Assembly: GCA_964549685.1 (NCBI GenBank)
Contig: CAZJVE010000002.1
Location: 1-64,000, forward strand
DNA length: 64,000 nt
Reading direction: 5' to 3'
Origin: an uncultured archaeon
Lineage (GTDB): Archaea > Altiarchaeota > Altiarchaeia > IMC4 > QMZM01
In this document: piece after piece, positions 58,577 through 64,000 of the stretch
Position numbering within the stretch: position 1 is the first letter of the stretch
Layout of the letters: every line of letters starts with the position of its first letter
Translations under genes and position numbers: made by a program
The notes under the pieces: generated by a model
Databases searched by the model: none
What the model was told of the DNA's origin: nothing
What the model saw: only the letters and a program-made list of their open reading frames with translations

Positions 58577-59979
58577 TTCAAGTGCTCAATTGCAAGGTTA
58601 ATTAGGTGGGCAAAGTCATTAACGTTCTTTACCTCCCTCAGGACGTTTACTGATGCCTTGGGCCTCAGGTAGAACGAGAGATAGGCACTCCTTACCCCTG
58701 CCATAATCTCCCTTGAAGACAGCTGCGGATAGCTCACCGCCGAGGTCCCGCCCTGGTTTATGCACTCCCACCGCTCTGCCGACAGCCAGCCGTTTTTTAC
58801 GCACTGCTCATAGAATTTGGTGCCGGGATACGGCGAGGCCACGTGGAATATGGCAAAGGTAATGGGCAGCTTCTTTGCAAAATCAATCGTCTCCTTCATC
58901 GTTTCCTTCGTCTCTCCCTTAAGCCCGAGGATGAAATAGCCATAGACCTTTATCTTTGCCTCCTTAGCCCACCTCACAGCATCGACCGCCTGCTCAAGAG
59001 TGGCCTCCTTCTCACAGTCCTTGAGAATCTTTGCAGAGCCGCTTTCGATGCCGTAGGCAATCATCCAGCACCCCGCCTTTTTCATCCACCCGAGCATCTC
59101 CTCATCCACGGTATCGACGCGGGAGTTGCAGCCCCAGGACATGCCCAGCTTCTGCTCTATCATGAGCTTGCAGAGCCTGATGACCCAGTCCTTGTGAACG
59201 GTAAACGTGTCCGAGTGGAATATGAAACTGTTAACGCCCATCCCCTTCAGCATAACCAGCTCCTTCATGACATTCTCGGGAGAGCGCATCCTTACCTTCT
59301 TCTGCCACATTATCGGCTGCCTGCAATAGGTGCAGGAATACGGGCAACCTCTGCTTGACACCACGAACGTAAACCTGGAGGCGATGAACGGAAACACGTA
59401 CTTGTCTATCGGCAGGAGGTCCTGCCTTGCGATGGGCAGCTCGTCAAGGTTGTCCAGAAACGGCCTTGGCTTATTGATTACTGTCTTCTTGCCATCCCTG
59501 TACGCCAGGCCCTTTATCTTCGAAAGCTCCTTTTTATCCTCCAGGGCATGAATCAGCTCCTTGAATGTAAGCTCCGGCTCACCTATCATGATATAGTCCA
59601 GCTCCGGACAATCCTTGAAGGACTCCTCTACCAGCTCCGTCACGTGAGGGCCCATGCAAATCGTCTTGGTCCCGGTGATTCTCTTTGCCTCCGTGAACGC
59701 CCTGAAGTCGTTCGTAGACACAGATGTAATCACATGCGAGGCCATGTACCTCGGCCTTTCCTTCTCCAGAACCCCTATAAAATCCTCCCAGTCGAATTTC
59801 TCGGCAATGCAGTCAACAATCTTTACGCTCATATCCTCTGGAAGCATCGCGGCCATATAAGCCAGATTCGTCTGCGGCCATATAATCTTCTCCTTACTCG
59901 TTCTCCCGGACCTGTTAAAGTCCCGGATGATTATGGACTTGTCCGGCGAGGGGGGATTCACTAACAGAACGTCAACCAT
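58570..59979 (-). CDS. Cobalamin-binding radical SAM protein
   Basis: N-terminal B12-binding domain (GPHVT, GEPE); SRGCPYSCTYC; YGIESGS. Confidence 0.92.
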   Translation of the reverse strand: MVDVLLVNPPSPDKSIIIRDFNRSGRTSKEKIIWPQTNLAYMAAMLPEDMSVKIVDCIAEKFDWEDFIGVLEKERPRYMASHVITSVSTNDFRAFTEAKRITGTKTICMGPHVTELVEESFKDCPELDYIMIGEPELTFKELIHALEDKKELSKIKGLAYRDGKKTVINKPRPFLDNLDELPIARQDLLPIDKYVFPFIASRFTFVVSSRGCPYSCTYCRQPIMWQKKVRMRSPENVMKELVMLKGMGVNSFIFHSDTFTVHKDWVIRLCKLMIEQKLGMSWGCNSRVDTVDEEMLGWMKKAGCWMIAYGIESGSAKILKDCEKEATLEQAVDAVRWAKEAKIKVYGYFILGLKGETKETMKETIDFAKKLPITFAIFHVASPYPGTKFYEQCVKNGWLSAERWECINQGGTSAVSYPQLSSREIMAGVRSAYLSFYLRPKASVNVLREVKNVNDFAHLINLAIEHLKW

Positions 59980-60043
59980 CTTTAGAATATTTATTATCTA
60001 CTGAGAGTTAAAATAAAAGGCCAGCCTCTTAATATCTTTGATA

Positions 60044-61735
60044 ATGAAAAAACCGTACAGGCTTCTTGGAGTGAGGGCCGAGGTCTGGCTCATTCTCATC
60101 CTCTTTTTCGCCCTGTTCATCAGGATGTATTTCTTTGTGGGATTTGTCAACAACGACCCGCAGGATGACGGCATCTACATAAGCAAGGCAAAAGAGCTTG
60201 CTCTTGGCGGAGAATTCTCGGATTTCAAATGGGCTGCTGACCTGGTATCAAGGGAGGATACAATCAACCCTGCTCATCAGTTCCTTTTCAGGTGGATGAT
60301 GATATTCCCCGTTATGGCGTCCTTTATGCTCTTTGGATTCAGCGATTTTAGCGCAGTCCTCTTCCCCCTGCTATGCTCCCTTGGCAGCGTTGTGCTCATA
60401 TTCTACATGGGGAAAAACCTGTTCAATGAAAAGGCGGGTCTCATCGCCGCGTTTCTCCTTTCCTTCTTTCCGCTGAACGTCATCTATTCCACCCGGATAA
60501 CGCCGGAGATACCGCTCGCGTTCTTCATGGCCCTGTCCGTTTTCATGTTCCTTCTTGGCGAGCAAAGAAAAGGAGACCGGGTATTTCTCAATCTAAAGAA
60601 CCTGTACTTTCTGCTGTCGGGCGTTTTTCTTGGCGTCGGATATCTCGTAAAGGAGTCCGCAATAATACTCCTGCCATTCTTCATCGCCTATGTCCTGTAC
60701 CGGAGAGGAATCCGCAAGGAGTACCTGCTCATCTTTATTGGCTTCCTTGCAATCTTTTCCATCGAGGGCCTCTATTACTATGACAATACCGGGGATTTCT
60801 TCCTGCGCCCCCATCTGAATTCAAAGGTCGCGGCCTTCAAGTACGAGGTGGAGCTTGAGAGGCTACTCAAATCCGAAAATGTCTATGGCATGGTAGAGGT
60901 AATCTACGTGTCCAACCCCGACCTGTACCCAAAGCTATTGCTGAACCAGAAGCCCCACTGGAGGTCAAAGATAAACGAAAGCTTTGGGTACTTCTACTAC
61001 TTCGTTTTACTGTCCCTGGCCGCCCTCACCTGGTACCGGTTCCGGGGCAAGTGCCCCAAAAAGGCGCACATACCGGTACTCTGGGCGCTGTCCCTGTTCC
61101 TGTTCCTCGAATTCGGGCCGATGGGGTTTAAACTCAATTCCGCCAACGCATGGCTTGAATACCGCGTAATAGTCAAGAGCCTTAGGTACCTGACGATGCT
61201 GACTATTCCCTCTTTGCTCATCATCGCATCGTTTCTCAGCATCGACACCAAGAAAATCAAATTCCTTATCCTGCCTCTCACCCTTATAATCCTGCTTGCA
61301 AGCTCGATTCCCATAATGGGAACCGTTCACACAGACTTCGTATCTCGCATAGAGGGCATCAGGGAGGCATCCGACTTCCTCAAGGCCCACCCCGGGGTAA
61401 GAGTATATTCCGACTTCCTTGGCGTCGGGTTTATGAGATACTACACCGGCTATACCGGAAACTATACGTTTAAAGGCTTTGGTTACCCTAAATACTCTCC
61501 ATCCTTCACCATAGACAAGATTAAAAACGACTCGTTCGTCGTGGTCGGGGGCTCCAGGGGCTCCGTGGGGTGCAAGGGCGTAGTTAGACGCATGTCTCCC
61601 CCCTTCGCCTCTGACCCGCCCGAAAGCTGGGTTCTCATGAGGGATATCCCAAGCAGGGTCGAATTATGCCGTAAAAATAAATGGAATCTAAAGATATACT
61701 ACGTACCATCACAAGATGAAACTGATACTGCTTAA
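60044..61735 (+). CDS. GT-C fold membrane glycosyltransferase (ArnT/PMT-like)
   Basis: DD motif (PQDDGIY) after TM1; about 12 TM helices; YLVKES; RYL. Confidence 0.8.
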   Translation: MKKPYRLLGVRAEVWLILILFFALFIRMYFFVGFVNNDPQDDGIYISKAKELALGGEFSDFKWAADLVSREDTINPAHQFLFRWMMIFPVMASFMLFGFSDFSAVLFPLLCSLGSVVLIFYMGKNLFNEKAGLIAAFLLSFFPLNVIYSTRITPEIPLAFFMALSVFMFLLGEQRKGDRVFLNLKNLYFLLSGVFLGVGYLVKESAIILLPFFIAYVLYRRGIRKEYLLIFIGFLAIFSIEGLYYYDNTGDFFLRPHLNSKVAAFKYEVELERLLKSENVYGMVEVIYVSNPDLYPKLLLNQKPHWRSKINESFGYFYYFVLLSLAALTWYRFRGKCPKKAHIPVLWALSLFLFLEFGPMGFKLNSANAWLEYRVIVKSLRYLTMLTIPSLLIIASFLSIDTKKIKFLILPLTLIILLASSIPIMGTVHTDFVSRIEGIREASDFLKAHPGVRVYSDFLGVGFMRYYTGYTGNYTFKGFGYPKYSPSFTIDKIKNDSFVVVGGSRGSVGCKGVVRRMSPPFASDPPESWVLMRDIPSRVELCRKNKWNLKIYYVPSQDETDTA

Positions 61736-63077
61736 CCCTCCCGCGAAGGAGAAGTACGTGAAGGAATCGAGATGTCAGCACAGGGCAGCCGTATTCCAGT
61801 CAGTCTATCCCCCCATGACTCTGGCGTACATAGCATCCCTGACAAGAAACGAGAACGACGTCCTCCTCATCGACGCAATCGGTGACGGAATCTCCGAGAG
61901 GGACGTAATCCACACGGTCCAGGAATTCGACCCCGATTTGATTATTGTTAACACGACAACCCCCACCATAAACAATGACCTTGAGGTGATTCGCAGACTG
62001 AAGAAGGTCTCCCGATTCAAGTCCGCGATGTTCGGAGTCCATGCGACCCACTTCGCAAAGGAACTCATCAAAATGCCGCAGCTCGATATAGTGATCCGGG
62101 GCGAGCCCGAAATCACCTCCTATGAGCTTACAAGGAAAGACCTCAAGGACGTTGAGGGAATAATCTACAAGGAAGGCAACAAGGTCAGAGAGAACCACGG
62201 CCGCAAGCCCCTGGACGTCAATGCCCTGTCCTTCCCGGCCTGGGACCTCGTCAACCTGGGCAACTACAGGATGCCCATTATCGCCGAGAGCTACGTACTC
62301 CTGGCTACGGGAAGGGGCTGCCCCTACGACTGCTCCTTCTGCGTCTCGACCTCCTACTACGGCAAGAAGTTCAGGTGCAGGGAGGTGGACTCAGTTATAA
62401 AAGAAATTCACTATGCCAAGTCCATGGGAATTAAAAATTTTTTCTTCTTTGTTGAAACCTTCACATTAAATAAAAAATTCGTCCTCGAGCTCTGTGACAG
62501 AATCATCGATGAAAAGCTGGACATCCGCTGGGTCTGCAACTCAAGAGTCGATACGGTAACCCAGGAGATGTTCGACAGCATGAGGAGGGCGGGCTGCTGG
62601 CTCATCTCCTTCGGCATAGAGAGCAGCAGCCAGAAGGTCCTCGACAACGTCAAGAAGGGAATAAAGCCCGAGCAGTCCAAAAAGGCGGTAAAGATGGCCC
62701 ACCGCGCAGGCATCGCAACAATCGGCCATTTCGTCTTTGGCCTGCCCGGCGAGACGGAAGACTCGATAAAAAAGACCATAAGATTCGCCCGGGGAATTCC
62801 CCTGAACTTCGCCGAATTTTATATTGCGACTCCGTTCCCCGGCTCCGACCTCTTCAGCGAAATGGATGGCAGGAATTATGCCGAAATCAATTGGGATGAA
62901 TTCGAATATTCTCATCAGAATCTATGCAAGGAACTGAATCTCGAGAAATACAGAAAGAAGGCATACATGCAGTTCTACCTCAGGCCGTGGCTAATCCTCC
63001 GGGACTTGCGAATCTTCGGCCTGAGCAACCTGCCGAAGCTCATCATCGGCGGCATCAGGTTCCTGACGACCATCTGA
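61716..63077 (+). CDS. Cobalamin-binding radical SAM protein
   Basis: GVHAT, RGEPE, GRGCPYDCSFC, FGIESS, TPFPGS. Confidence 0.92.
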   Translation: MKLILLNPPAKEKYVKESRCQHRAAVFQSVYPPMTLAYIASLTRNENDVLLIDAIGDGISERDVIHTVQEFDPDLIIVNTTTPTINNDLEVIRRLKKVSRFKSAMFGVHATHFAKELIKMPQLDIVIRGEPEITSYELTRKDLKDVEGIIYKEGNKVRENHGRKPLDVNALSFPAWDLVNLGNYRMPIIAESYVLLATGRGCPYDCSFCVSTSYYGKKFRCREVDSVIKEIHYAKSMGIKNFFFFVETFTLNKKFVLELCDRIIDEKLDIRWVCNSRVDTVTQEMFDSMRRAGCWLISFGIESSSQKVLDNVKKGIKPEQSKKAVKMAHRAGIATIGHFVFGLPGETEDSIKKTIRFARGIPLNFAEFYIATPFPGSDLFSEMDGRNYAEINWDEFEYSHQNLCKELNLEKYRKKAYMQFYLRPWLILRDLRIFGLSNLPKLIIGGIRFLTTI

Positions 63078-63081
63078 CAAA

Positions 63082-63312
63082 ATGAGAAAATCAGAATCCA
63101 TTAAAGGCCTGCAGAGCCTGTGCAACATAGGCCCCAAAACGGCAGAGAGGCTTTACTCACTCGGCATCAAAACGCCCGAGCAGATGAGGAAATCAGACCC
63201 TGAGAAGCTGTACGAAAGACTAAGAAACAAAGAGGGTGGCAGGCTGGACCGGTGCGTCCTCTATCAGTTCCAGGGAGCAGTCCGTGATGTCCCCTGGTGG
63301 GAATGCAAGTGA
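63082..63312 (+). CDS. Small helix-hairpin-helix protein (TfoX-C/Cdd1-like)
   Basis: LCNIGPKTAERLYSLGI...DPEKLYERL...DRCVLY...WW. Confidence 0.75.
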   Translation: MRKSESIKGLQSLCNIGPKTAERLYSLGIKTPEQMRKSDPEKLYERLRNKEGGRLDRCVLYQFQGAVRDVPWWECK

Positions 63313-63319
63313 TATAAAT

Positions 63320-64000
63320 TCAACCCCTGATTATCTTAACGCTCTTTATCCCCTGGGGAGTAACCCTGTCAACCTCGATTGTAACCTTCCCCAGCTTTAT
63401 CTTTTCTCCCTCCTCCGGAATTCTCTGGAGCCGGTGCTCGATAAAGCCCGCAAGCGTATTGAAGTGCTCTCCCTTGAGCCCCAGGTGAAGCACCCTGTTA
63501 ATCTCCTCGATCGACACCCTCGCATCCACCCTGATTAGGTTGTCGCTTACCTTTTTGATGTGGACGCTCTCCCTCCTGCTCTTGTCGAAGATGTCCCCGA
63601 CTATCTCCTCAAGCACGTCCTCAATCGTTACCAGTCCGGAGACGTCGCCGTATTCGTTAACAACAATGGCCATCGGGACATCCCTACCCTCGAACTCTGA
63701 AAGAAGGTCATCAATCCTCTTGGACTCCGGGACGAAATATACCTCCCTCACAATACCCTTTATCTTAACATTCACCTTGTCGTCCTTGACGTGTTTCAGG
63801 ACATCGTCAACATCAAGCACGCCAATTATCTTGTCCTCGTTTCCTTCATAAACTGGATACCTGGAATAGGGCATCTTAACAATGAAATCGATGACGTCCT
63901 TCAGTTTTGCCTCGGAGTCAATCGTTTTCATCTTCGTCTTCGGCGTCATAATCTGTGTAACCCTCGTATCCTCGAACTCCAGTAGATTGCGCATCATCTC
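63320..64000 (-). CDS. Hemolysin/CorC (CNNM-like) family CBS-pair protein; 5'-truncated by the window edge
   Basis: YSRYPVY, FVPES, AIVVNEYG..GLVTIEDVLEEIVG, TLAGFI; frame open to the window end. Confidence 0.92.
   Translation of the reverse strand, partial: EMMRNLLEFEDTRVTQIMTPKTKMKTIDSEAKLKDVIDFIVKMPYSRYPVYEGNEDKIIGVLDVDDVLKHVKDDKVNVKIKGIVREVYFVPESKRIDDLLSEFEGRDVPMAIVVNEYGDVSGLVTIEDVLEEIVGDIFDKSRRESVHIKKVSDNLIRVDARVSIEEINRVLHLGLKGEHFNTLAGFIEHRLQRIPEEGEKIKLGKVTIEVDRVTPQGIKSVKIIRG

Overview
Gene-dense archaeal chromosomal segment, about 50% GC with a few AT-rich patches. Archaeal origin is shown by the thermosome, archaeal Hsp20, DtdA, NurA, archaeal-type RNase P RNA, a box C/D sRNA and class III signal-peptide pilins. 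The protein repertoire suggests a DPANN/Altiarchaeota-like lineage, but that is inference only. From left to right the window holds: a type IV pilus operon (truncated ATPase plus five prepilins); VapBC; hsp20-thermosome followed by an unannotated 51-aa Cys-rich gene; lysC; a mosaic surface protein; an MNT-HEPN pair bracketed by a duplicated 3' end of rnpB; a 1671-aa repeat coiled-coil; purC; RNase J; an oxidative-stress cluster; tRNA-Leu(TAG); thiI-dtdA; an operon of DUF835, KaiC-like ATPase, membrane-anchored HerA-like ATPase and NurA; lysA; a C/D guide RNA; a subtilase/FG-GAP pair; and a glycosylation/radical SAM cluster. The best candidates for an undescribed system are (i) the KaiC-linked, receptor-like transmembrane HerA-NurA operon and (ii) a winged-helix-like tag shared by the pilus ATPase and the giant coiled-coil. 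No CRISPR array, rRNA, transposase or integrase was seen. All family assignments come from motif recognition by eye; no database searches were run.
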